From: the human T2T-CHM13v2.0 reference genome, Homo sapiens
Reading direction: 5' to 3' (one strand)
DNA: 64,000 nt
Assembly (NCBI RefSeq): GCF_009914755.1
Contig: NC_060947.1
Part shown: piece after piece, positions 40,202 to 52,290 of the stretch
How positions within the stretch are numbered: position 1 is the first letter of the stretch
Layout: every line of letters starts with the position of its first letter
The notes under the pieces: model-generated
Told to the model about the DNA's origin: nothing
Seen by the model: only the letters and a program-made list of their open reading frames with translations
The model's database searches: none
Position numbers and translations under genes: made by a program

Positions 40202-40628
40202 GACTGGATTAAGAAAATGTGGCACATATACACCATGGAATACTATGTAGCCATAAAAAAGGATGAATTCACGTCCTTTGTAGGGACGTGGATGAAAGTG
40301 GAAACCATCATTCTCAGCAAACTATGGCAAGGACAAAAAACCAAACACCGCATGTTCTCACTCATAGGTGGGAATTGAACAATGAGGACACTTGGACACA
40401 GGAAGGGGCACATCACACACCGGGGCCTGTTGTGGGGTGGGGGGGAGGGGGGAGGGGTAGCATTAGGAGATATACCTAATGAAAATGATGAGTTAATGGG
40501 TGCAGCACACCAACATGGTACATGTATACATATGTAACAAACCTGCACGTCGTGCACACATACCCTAGAACTTAAAGTATAATAAATATATATATATATA
40601 TATATAAAGTAAAATTAAAAAAAAAAAA
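40202..40628 (+). mobile_element. 5'-truncated young L1PA (about PA3-5) 3' end
   Basis: ORF2 C-terminus DWIKKMWHIYTMEYY, G-rich 3'UTR, aataaa and A-tail; TSD aaaaccatttccc at 40189-40201 and 40625-40637. Confidence 0.96.
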
Positions 40629-41389
40629 CCATTTCCCAATTCTCATACTAAGGACAGCTCTCTGCGTCTTCCTTAATGGACAGTTAAGTAGAATTTAAGA
40701 TTAGACTCAAGAAAGACAGGGCAAAAAGTTCCACGTAAATTATCTCCCAGCCAATTTAGATGCTTACTTGCTGAGTGGTAAAAGAGATACTTTTAGAGTT
40801 CCTATGAAATGCAGAATAATCACAATCCTTTAAGAGTTGCCTAGAGGGCAATTCTTTCTTCTCTTTTTTTTCCCCAACGGCTTTTTGTAACACCTGTTTA
40901 ACTGACAGCCTCTCAAAGACAAGCTTACTATATATGAGATATTCTAAGCTACTCAAGACATCACTTGACGCAAGTCTCTATCTGGCAAAGCGATCATTAG
41001 GTGAAGTTATGGCAAGCTTGAAAAAGATGTTTTGGGCAAGAGAGCAGGATGGGTCACACTCAAATCTAAGAAGCAGCAATGATCATGGACTGACTTACAT
41101 GCAAATTTGGGTTGTCAGCCTTTTTCAGCAGGCCATTTCTCTGTAAGTTCCTCTTCTCTGCAGGGAACATTGGGAGCTCCTTACCAAATTCCTGGTCAGC
41201 AGAAGAGTAACTTGGTTCTCTTTTTGATATCTATACTTAGGTCAGTCCTAATGAATGGAGAATGTGGCAAAGGCAAATAGACAGAGGAGGCAATAGGCAT
41301 GCCTAGCTGGGAAACTACAAGCAGCCTCGGGCCTCTCTCTGTACTTAGCTTCATATTAGCCTCTCTGCTCCTGAGAAAGTGCAGCTTGT

Positions 41390-41705
<316 letters not shown>

Positions 41706-41934
41706 TTACTTCTCTTCTCCCAGCAGTCCAGCAGTTCACTGGAGACACACAGCTTAAAACCTTGTAACCACACCTGTAATGTACTCCAGCAACAGATGCA
41801 GGAAACAGCCTGATGGAGGCCACTCATCCTTGACTGGTTTATTGGAATAGCAGAAACTGGTTGAGTCCATTTGTCATAATAACTGAATTAGTGTCACTTG
41901 TTAGGGGAAATGACATGCGATTACTGAAGGACAA

Positions 41935-42423
41935 TGTGATGGCTAATTTTATGTGTTAACTTGACTGGGCCATGTGGTGCCCAGATAGTTGGTCAAACAT
42001 TATTCTAGGTATGCCTATGAGTGTTTTTTTTCTTAATCGGTAGACTGAGTAAAGCAGATTACTCTCCATAATGTGGGTGGGCCTCACCCAATCAGTTGAA
42101 GGCCTGAATAGAACAAGAGGACTGATCCTCTCCTAAGTAAGAAATAATTCTTCATGCCTGGTGACCTTTGAACTGAGTCATCAGCTTTTCTCTTGCCTTC
42201 AAACTTAAGCTGAAACACTGGCACTTCCTGTGTCTCAGCACTGCCAGCCAATGGACTAGAATTACATCATCAGCTCTCCCGGTTCTCAGGCGTTTGGACT
42301 TGGATTAGATATATAAATCAGCTCTTCTGCATCTCTAGCTTGTTGACTAACCTTGCAGATCTTGGGACTTGCATACCTGCATAACCATGAAAGTCTGATT
42401 TATTATTATCTCCCTATCGGCTT

Positions 42424-42465
<42 letters not shown>

Positions 42466-42500
42466 TATTGGTTCTGTTTCTCTGGAGAACCCTGATTGAA
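41935..42500 (+). mobile_element. MLT2 (ERVL) LTR containing (CA)n at 42426-42462
   Basis: tgtgatggctaattttatgtgttaacttgactggg...ttggttctgtttctctggagaaccctga. Confidence 0.9.
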
Positions 42501-42649
42501 GCAAACGCACACTATGGGAAGCTGAAACACATAAAGGGACCACTTGCCCATTTCTTTTACCAAGTTTGACATGGCTGCTTTGGTTTTTCATTGTAAAAAT
42601 CAGTTCTCTTCTTTCCATCTCTCAACAATACAGGGTGATAGTTCCACAT

Positions 42650-43135
42650 TGTGGTGGACACACCCTAGAATGATGCCCAATGGATTACACCCTTGTATAA
42701 CCCTCTCACCTTAAAATGTAGGCAGAACCTCTGATATGCTTTTAGCCAATAGAATATAGTAAAGGTAAAGTGATTTTTAAGATGTAATTCATGCCCCTGA
42801 TCAGTTGATTTTGAGTTCATCAAAAGGCACACTAATCTGGGTGGGTCTGACTTAATCAAGTGAAAGCATTAAAAGAGAGATTTACCTTCAGGCCTTAAAA
42901 AAGTAAGCTGCCATGTGAGCAGGCCTACGAGGGGGCCACATGGCAAGGGACTTTGGGAAGTCTCTAGGAGCTCGGAATAGGCCCTGTGTGACAGCCAGCA
43001 ATAAATGGGGATGTTGGTCCTATTGCCACAAACAACTGAAGTCTGCCAACAATCACATGAGCTTAGAAGAGGATGCTGACCTCCAGAAAAGAGCACAGCC
43101 GTAGGCCTTGTGAGATACTGAGCTACCTATGCTAC
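42650..43135 (+). mobile_element. MLT1 (E/F/G-like) LTR, 3'-incomplete
   Basis: cccttgtataaccctctc...gggccacatggcaaggga...tctgccaacaatcacatgagcttagaagagg. Confidence 0.75.
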
Positions 43136-43444
43136 GTCCTCTAAGCATTCACTGGCAGAGAGTTTACTAGCCCCAAATGTGCTGTCATTTTGAGACTTTG
43201 AGTGTTAAGTTTGAAGAAACAAACTATGGTGATGGACCAGAATATTTAAGATGGATCTCTCTATGTGGTCTATAAAGATTACCATGATAAAGATAAACAA
43301 TTATCTCAATACTTAGTTACCTCAGAAAGGATACAACAAAAGAAAAATTTCTTAATAGAATCTAAGTAAAGCAAATAAAGTGTCGGTACTATTTCTTCCA
43401 TCAAAAAGTCATTTTAAATATGAAATATAAAAGCTTCCTTTTAA

Positions 43445-43700
43445 CAGAAAACCAAGCACCGCTTGTTCTCACTTATAACTGGGAGTTGAACAATGAGAAC
43501 ACATGGACACCAGGTGGGGAACAACACACACCAGGGCCTGTCAGGGGGTGGTGGGGGGTGAGGGACGGGAACTTAGAGGACAAGTCAGTAGGTGCAGCAA
43601 ACCACCATGGCACACGTATACCTATGTAACAAACTGCACGTTCTGCACATGTATTCTGTTTTTTTTTTAAGAAGAAATGAAGAAAAAAAAAGGAAAAAAG
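43445..43700 (+). mobile_element. Short L1PA7/8-like 3' end
   Basis: L1 3'UTR motifs; TSD aaaagc(t/c)tccttttaa at 43429-43444 and 43696-43711. Confidence 0.92.
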
Positions 43701-44571
43701 CCTCCTTTTAATGAACATTTCATTTTTATTCATAGAAGGGACACATTTGTGATCATCTTTATTTTCTCTATTAGAGAAAAAGACGTGAAAACACTTTTGC
43801 TTCATTTTAAATAATGAAACCACTTTTGAATAACTTTATTTTTAATGGGAATTTTTTATTGTGGTAAAATATATACAGCGTGAAACCAGCCATTTAAATA
43901 GTTTTTAAGTGTACAATTCAGTGGCATAGATTATAATCACCATGCTATGAAGCCATCACCACTATTTCGAAAATCTTTTCATCACCACAAACAAATTCTG
44001 TAACCATTAAACAACAACTTTCTATCCTTCTCTTCCCCCAGCCCCTAGTAGCATAAAATCTACTTTTTATCTCTATGAATTTGCCTAAGTGGAATCACAT
44101 AGTATTTATCCTTTGGTAACTAGCTTCTTTTACTTAGCATAATGTCTTCAAGCTTTATTCATGTTGTAGCATGTATCAGAACTTAATTCCTTTTTATGGT
44201 TGAATAATATTCGATTGTGCATATATACAGCACATTTTTATTTATCTTTTCATCTATTGATGGATTCTCAGGTTGTTTCCACCTTTGAGCTAATCGTGAG
44301 TAACACTACAGTGAACTTTGGCATACATATATCTGTTTGAGTCCCTGTTTTAAATTATTTTGTGTATATACACCTGGGAATGGAATTGCTGAATCAGATG
44401 ATGAGTCTCTATTTAGCAATTTGAAGAGCTGCCAAACTATTGTCCACAGTGACTGTACCATTTTACATTTCCACCAACACCACATAAGGGTTCCAGTTTC
44501 TCCACATCCTCATCTTCACTTATTTTCCTTTAAAAAAGTATACACCCTAATGAGTGTGAAGTGGTATCTCA

Positions 44572-45518
44572 TTTTTTTTTTAATTTTATTATCATTACAC
44601 TTTAAGTTTTAGGGTACATGTGCACAATGTGCAGGTTTGTTACATATGTATACATGTGCCATGTTGGTGTGCTGCACCCATTAATTCGTCATTTAACATT
44701 AGGTATATCTCCTAATGCTATCCCTCCCCCCTCCCCCCACCCCACAACAGTCCCCAGAGTGTGATGTTCCCCTTCCTGTGTCCATGTGTTCTCATTGTTC
44801 AATTCCCACCTATGAGTGAGAACATGCGGTGTTTGGTTTTTTGTCCTTGCGATAGTTTGCTGAGAATGATGGTTTCCAGTTTCATCCCTGCCCCTACAAA
44901 GGACATGAACTCATCATTTTTTATGGCTGCATAGTATTCCATGGTGTAAATGTGCCACATTTTCTTAATCCAGTCTATCGTTGTTGGACATTTGGGTTGG
45001 TTCCAAGTCTTTGCTATTGTGAATAGTGCCGCAATAAACATACGTGTGCATGTGTCTTTATAGCAGCATGATTTATAATCCTTTGGGTATATACCCAGTA
45101 ATGGGATGGCTGGGTCAAATGGTATTTCTAGTTCTAGATCCCTGAGGAATCGCCACGCTGACTTCACAATGGTTGAACTAGTTTACAGTCCCACCAACAG
45201 TGTAAAAGTGTTCCTATTTCTCCACGTCCTCTCCAGCACCTGTTGTTTCCTGACTTTTTAATGATTGCCATTCTAACTGGTGTGCGATGGTATCTCATTG
45301 TGGTTTTTATTTGCGTTTCTCTGATGGCCAGTGATGATGAGCATTTTTTCATGTGTTTTTTTGGCTGCATAAATGTCTTCTTTTGAGAAGTGTCTGTTCA
45401 TATCCTTCGCCCACTTTTTGATGGGGTTGTTTGTTTTTTTCTTGTACATTTGTTTGAGTTCATTGTAGATTCTGGACATCTTTGTCACATGAGTAGGTTG
45501 CGAAAATTTTCTCTCATT
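44572..45518 (-). mobile_element. 5'-truncated young L1PA (about PA2-4) nested in the L1M
   Basis: Near-intact ORF2 C-terminus (DYKSCCYKDTCTRMFIAALFTIAK...LIGGN); T-tail at 44572; repeat tctcatttt at both ends. Confidence 0.95.
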
Positions 45519-45951
45519 TTGTTTTTTATTTGCTTTGCCCTAATGATTAATGATATTGAGTATATTGTCATGTTCTTATTGGACATTTGTATATCTTCAT
45601 TGGAGAAATATCTATTTAAGTCCTTTGTCCATTCAATTTTCTTTTGTCTTTTTGTTGTTGACTGTTAGGAGTTCTTTCTATATTCTATATATCAAGCCTT
45701 TATCAGATAAACAACTCACAAATATTTTCATCCACTGTGTAAATTGTCTTTTTCACTTTCTTGATAATGTTCTTTGATACACAACGATTTTTAATTTTGA
45801 TATAATCCAATTTTACTTCCGTTGCTCATGCTTTTGCTGTAATATCTAAGAACCCACTGCCAAATCCAAATTCATGAAGAGTTACCCTTATGTTTTCTAA
45901 GAGTTTTATGGTTTTAGATCTTATATTTAGATATTGGTTAACGTTAGTTAA

Positions 45952-47027
45952 TTTTTTTATTAAGTTCGGGGGTACATGTGCAGAATGTGCAGGTTTGTTA
46001 CATAGGTATACACGTGCCATGGTGGTTTGCTGCACCCATCAACCCGTCATCTACATTAGGCATTTCTCCTAATGCTATCCCTCCCCTAGCCCCCCACCCC
46101 CTGACAGTCCCCAGTGTGTGATGTTCCCTTCCCTGTGTCCATGTGTTCTCATTGTTCAACTCCCACTACCTAGTCAATGCCATTCAGCACATAGGCATGG
46201 GCAAAGACTTCATGACTAAAACACCAAAAGCAATGGCAGCAAAGCCCAAATTGACAAATGGGATCTAATTAAACTAAAGAGCTTCTGCACAGCAAAATAA
46301 ACTATCATCAGAGTGAACAGGCAACCTACGGAATGGGAAAACATTTTTGCAGTCTATCCATCTGACAAAGGGTTAATATCCAGAATGCACAAATAACTTA
46401 AACAAATTTACAAGAAAAAAACAAACAACCCCATCAAAAAGTGGTGGAAGGATATAAACAGACACTTCTTAAAAGAAGACATTCATGTGACCAACAAACG
46501 TATGAAAAAAAGCTCATCATCACTGGTCATTAGAGAAATGCAGATCAAAACCACAGTGAGATACCATCTCATGCCAGTTAGAATGGCGATTGTTAAAAAG
46601 TCAGGAAACAACAGAAGCTGGAGAGGATGTGAAGAAATAGGAATGCTTTTACACTGTTGATGGGAGTGTAAATTAGTTCAACCATTGTGGAAGACAGTGT
46701 GGCCATTCCTCAAGGATCTAGAATCAGAAATACCATTTGACCCAGCAATCCCACTACTGGGTATATACCCAAAGGATTATAAATCATGCTGCTATAAGGA
46801 CACATGCACACGTATGTTTACTGTGGCACTATTTACAATAGCAAAGACTTGGAACCAACCCAAATGCCCACCAATGATAGACTGGATAAAGAAAATATGG
46901 CACATATACACTAAGGAATACTATACAGCCATAAACAAGGATGAGTTCACGTCCTTTACAGGGACATGGATGAAGCTGGAAACCATCATTCTCAGCAAAC
47001 TAACACAAGAACAGAAAACCAAACACT
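45952..47027 (-). mobile_element. 5'-inverted L1PA6/7-like insertion nested in the L1M: tail on minus strand 45952-~46168, inverted part on plus strand ~46168-47027
   Basis: Orientation switch at caactcccacta|cctagtcaatgccattcag; degraded TSD ttagttaattttt / tgagtttattttt. Confidence 0.9.
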
Positions 47028-49149
47028 AGATGAGTTTATTTTTGCATATGGTATGAGATATGGGTTCAACTTGCATGTGGAAATCCAGTCGACTCCGCAG
47101 CACCTGTTAAAGAAACTGTTTCTCCATTGAATTGACTTAGCACTCTTTCAAAAATCAATTTATCTTAGATGTATAGGCTTATTTTTGAAACCTCAATTCT
47201 ACGCTATTAGTCTATATGTATATCCTTATGCCAGTATCATACTGTTTTGATTACTGTACTTTATAGAAAATTTTGAAATCTATTAGTGTGAGTCCTCCAA
47301 CTTTGTTCTTCTTTTTCATGATAGGGGTCTATATAGGAGGCCCTTGTAATTCCATATTGTTTTGAGGATGAGCTTTTACATTTCTGTAAAAAATGCTATT
47401 GGAATTTTGATAGGGATTGCACTGAATCTGTAGATCACTTTGAGTAGTACTGACATCTTAACATTATTAAGTCTTTCTATTCATGAACACAGGATGCCTT
47501 TCCACTAATTTAGGTTATTAATCTCTTTCAGCAATGTTTTATAGTTTTTAGTGTGTGCAAGTCTTTTACCTCCTTTGTTAAATTTATTCCTAGGTACGTT
47601 ATTCTTTTAGATGTTATAATAAATGGAACTGTTGTCTTAATTTCCTTTTCGGATTTTTCATTATTGGTGTTTAGAGATACAACCAAATTTACATGTTGTT
47701 TTTGCACCCTGCAATTTTGCTCTATTTGTTTATTATCTCTAGTAGCTTTCTTGTGGATTCCTTGGGATTTTCTGTACATAGTATTATGTCACATGCAAAA
47801 AAAACAGTTTTATTCTTCCTCTCCAATTTTGTAGCAGGGTAATCTTGGCCTCAGTGAATGAATTAGGAAGTGTTCCCTTCTCTTCTATGTTATGGAAGTG
47901 TTTGAGCAGGATCATTGTTAATTCTTCTTTAAATGTTTGGTAGAATTCACTAGCAGAGTCATCTGGTCCTGGACTCTTTATTGGGTAGTTTCAAATTACG
48001 GATTCCATCTCCTTACTTGTTGTCAGTCTATTTAGATATTCTGTTTCTTCATCATTCAGTCTTGGCAGATTGTGTGTTTCTAAAAGTTTGAACATTTTGT
48101 CTAGGTTATCTGATTTGTTTGTATATAGTTGTTTATATTATCCTCTTTATATTTATATTTCTGTAAGGTTGGTAGTAATGTCTCCACTTACATTCTCATT
48201 TTTGTTATTTGTATCTTCTCTGTTCTTTGTCAATCTAAACAAAGTTTTCTCAATTGTTCTGATCTTTTCAAACGACCAACTTCTGATTTCATTGATTCTC
48301 CATATTGTTTTTCTCTATTCTCTATTTCAAAAATCTCTGCTCTAATCTTTATTATTTCCTTCCTCTGCTTGCTTTATGTCTAGTTAGTTCTTCTTTCTAT
48401 AGTTTCTCAAGGTGTAAAGTTAGGTTATTGATTTGATATCTTTATTCTTTCTTAATTTAGGTATTTACAGTTTTAATTTCACTCTGAGTAGTCCCTTTGC
48501 TATATCCCATAAGTTTTGGTATGTGGCTCTGTGTTTTCATTAATCTCAATGTATTTTCTAATTTCTATTGTGATTTCTGTTTTGGCTATTGGTTGTTCAA
48601 AATTCCTGAATTTTCCAGGTTTCCTTCTATTATTGATTTCTAGTTTCATTCTATTGTGGTTGGAGAAGATACTTTGGATGACTTAGATCTTTTTTAAACT
48701 TCTGAGACTTATTTTGTAACCTAACATATGGTCTATCCTAGATAACTTTCCATGTGCACTTGAGAAAAAATGTTTATTCTGCTGTTGTTGGATGGAGTGT
48801 TCTATATATGCCTGTTAGGTCTAGTTGATGTACAGCGTGATTCTATTTAACAGTCATTTTATGAGAAGAAGTTTGGCATTATCAGGTTGGAATCAAATAA
48901 CTTTCTCAAAATAATTAACTTTCTTCTATCATCCATCCTCAAAGGAGCCCCAAATTATTCAGGATAACCAACAAAACCTTTAGCTCCCCACTATGTAAGC
49001 TGTTACATCAAGGGAAGCATGGTTTCATTTTACACCTCAGGAAACTCAAGCCATCCAGGGTAAACTAGCTGTTAGCCTCAGCTCTCATTTTGTAGGACTC
49101 AGTTGGGCTGGTTTCAGTACAGAAGTTAACCTGTTTAGTGCAGTAGACC

Positions 49150-49325
49150 AGTGATTCCCAAACTTTCTTCAACAGCCGAACCCTTTGTTCAAACAAACTC
49201 TTGCATGGAAACTCAATACATAAACTTGTTTGAGGAAGGGTTAAAGAGGAATCCCTGCTAGATTTCCTCCTTCCCCTTCCCTCCCTCAAGCCTCCCTCTT
49301 CATCCCAGAGGTTTGAAAACCTCTG
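49150..49325. mobile_element. hAT-Charlie-like MITE
   Basis: Imperfect terminal inverted repeats cagtgattcccaaac / gtttgaaaacctctg. Confidence 0.55.
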
Positions 49326-51544
49326 CCCTAGATCACAGGCTTTGAGGCTAGGAGAAAAGATAGAGAAACCTGCCCCCCAAAACTTGTCTATCCTCTCTGC
49401 CTCTAGGATAGTGGCAGCCACCACTGGCCTATGGAATACTGTCAGGCACAGAAGTAGATATGATGTAAAGAAGAAGCACAGACACATGGATCAAGCAAAT
49501 TACAGTGTTGTCATCTTTGGCATCAGCTGTCCAAGCCTTGCATCAGCTTCAACAAAGAAGTTTTCTGCTGCAGTGTCAGCACTCATTTCACTGCAACTTT
49601 TCCATGCACCAAACAAATAAATTCAGCCTAGTGTGAACATTTCCTCTCTATTCCTGAGATTGCAGAAGTAATCGCCTCTGATTTGGAGGTAAAGCCCAAC
49701 TTCATCTCTGTCAGCCAGAATTGTATACAGCAGCATCTTAGCCAACATATGGGAATTAGATATTGGGTAGAGGACCAGAGACGAGTACATGTGATCCTAC
49801 CTCATAAAAGAAAGCTTTTCTTCAGGTCATAAGGTGAGCTCATGTCCAAACTGGGATACCAAGTTTGAATTTAGAAGAGCAAGCACAGGCTAATGGAGGG
49901 AAGATCAATCACTTTAAGGGGATGGAAGGCATGCCACCACGAAGCGGAGGTATAGAGTCATGGTTACTGAAAATCTCATACAATGGTGTATGGGATTAAT
50001 TGATGATATGTCTCAATAATAGTCAACCAGGAGCCAAGACAATAAAAAGAAGGTGGCAAATATGCTAGCAGATAACAGAGATAGACAAAGAAATAGGTGT
50101 CTTACATCTGATGAAAAGCAATGTAAAATGAGATCCAGGAATAATACAGCCACAATCCAGAATATCAGAGCTCACAGAACCACTCTGTGGGAATCACAGC
50201 CAATCTTCAGGGGGCTTTAATGAGAAGAGCACTACCTCAGCAAATTATTTGGAGAAAACAAAGATTTGGCTTGAATAAATGGAAATTCATTGGCATCCCC
50301 ACACAAAGAAGAAGTAAAATGATCATATTAACAAGCAAAATGCTAAAAAATAAGTCATTATCTTTCCCTGACACTTTCTCCAGAAGGGTATAGCAGTTAG
50401 AAGACGTGGGGTCTATTTCTGACTTAGCCACTTGCTAGCTTTGTGATCTTGGGTAAGTCACTTAAATCTCTGAGTCTTTATTTCTTCATCTGCAAACTGG
50501 AAAAAATTGTGACTCCATTTCCTAATTCACAGGATAGTATTAATTAAGGCAAGAGACAGGGCAATTCACACCATTTGGACTACTACAGGTGTTGGAGAAA
50601 TAGAGAGCCAGACAAAAGGAGTATATTATACAATATGAGTTTCCCTGGTCTTATACCTTAGAAGTGGTTTTGTGAAAGGGAGAATCAAATGTCCTCAGGA
50701 CCATGGTCAAATCACATGCCAAAGATGGGTAGTGGAGAACCTCAAAGAGTTGGAGCAGCTTTTCCCAATCTTGGATTTGCTCATTCAGAGCCCATGCAAG
50801 GGAGAGGGCCTCCTGTTGGAATTTTCTCACACTGCTTGCTAAAGTTCATACTTATAAGCAGACACCTGTTACCCAAAGTATTTGTTCTCTAAACCTTGTC
50901 CCCAATAACAAAGTCCATTTGCCCAAACTAGTGAGAAGTGGAGAAAAGTCAAATTTGTTACTTGGTATTATTGAGATTAGTTCAGATTTTCCAGCCACAG
51001 CTTATTTCCCCTTCTTAAAGTTGATACAAGGAATATCTTTTTATTGTCTTGGCTCCTGGTTGGCTATTATTGAGAAATATCATCAATTAAATGACGTAAA
51101 GACAAAGTGACATAAAGCACTAGGGTATCTCAGAAAAGGACAAATACTACATTCACACACACAATTGCAAGAGGACAGGAAGGAAGTCGATATTTATTGA
51201 CTAGGATTTCAAATAACTAAAAGGAGGCATCTAATGGGACCTTCCTGTGGATTCACTTATCAATGTAAAAATGAATCAATCGCTGCAACACCATGCCATT
51301 GAGACCCTAGTTAAAATGCTCCCCTTTACTGAGTGACAGAATTAGAAAGACATTCACAGATGTCGAAAATGGCACCATTAGCCATCTAGTTCAAAAATAT
51401 CTTTCCTAGCTCCTTTAGACTGGCAAGAATGATCTGCCTTACCATCAGGGTGCCTAGTTTAATAAAATATAACTCAAAGTTGACACTTGCAGAGAAAAAT
51501 ACAGCATATTAGCTTCTAAAATTATGTTGTTGAAAGTTTGTTGT

Positions 51545-52290
51545 TTTAGGTCAGGTTCCTTAGGTAGAAGCAGATCCTGAGATGGATTATTTGGGGTAGA
51601 ATGGGATTAAGAAGGAAGGGGAAATGAAGGAACTAAAAAAGCAAGGCTGTGGTCTCACCTGGAGTCTAGCTCTAACTGACCCCAGGAGAAGCTCAGGACC
51701 ATGAATGGAACCATAGGATTGGTCTCACCTTGAGGCCAAGGGGTTGAGCCAGTCATTGGCTGTGGGCTGCCCCCAGTGCTTCTGCTATAGAGAAGGGGGT
51801 GACTATAAGCTTTAGCAAACAACGCTCCAAGTAGCTAAGGGATAGGTACCTCTGCCTGGTAAAGGGGATCAACAGTGTCCACTACACAGTTGAATATCAC
51901 CAGTTACTTTGTAAACTTCTTTCCATGGGTCAGCCAACTCCTGGCCACTTCTTTGACTTCATCTCCCATTATTCTCTGTCTTGCTCACTCTACTTCAGCC
52001 ACATTGGAGTATATCATCATTGCAAGGTCTCTGCTTGGAGCTCTCTGTGAGCATGTATCTGCGTTACATCCTCCCTTAACTCCTTTAGTTCATTATTCAG
52101 ATGTCATCTTCTCCATGAGGGCTTCTCTAACCCCCCCCGCCAATACTACCACCCATTACGGCCCCTCTTGAATGTTAACTCCAACAGGGCATGAATTTTC
52201 ATCTTTATTATTATTCTTCACCAATGTATCTCCAGTGTCTAGAGCAATGCCTTGTTCATTAAATATGTGTTAAATAGATGAATAAATATT
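51545..52290. mobile_element. Old MLT1-type LTR fragment followed by an L2 fragment
   Basis: gaagcagatcctgagatggatt...ccagtcattggctgtgggctgccc; L2-like cagatgtcatcttctccatgaggg and tgtatctccagtgtctagagc. Confidence 0.5.

Larger units (their letters stand above)
43850..48840 (-). mobile_element. Old L1M (MB/MC-like) element, fragmented, hosting two younger L1PA insertions
   Basis: 3' end tttttattgtggtaaaatatata; degraded ORF2 (RITYLGINLTKEVKDL). The host sequence resumes after each nested insertion. Confidence 0.88.
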
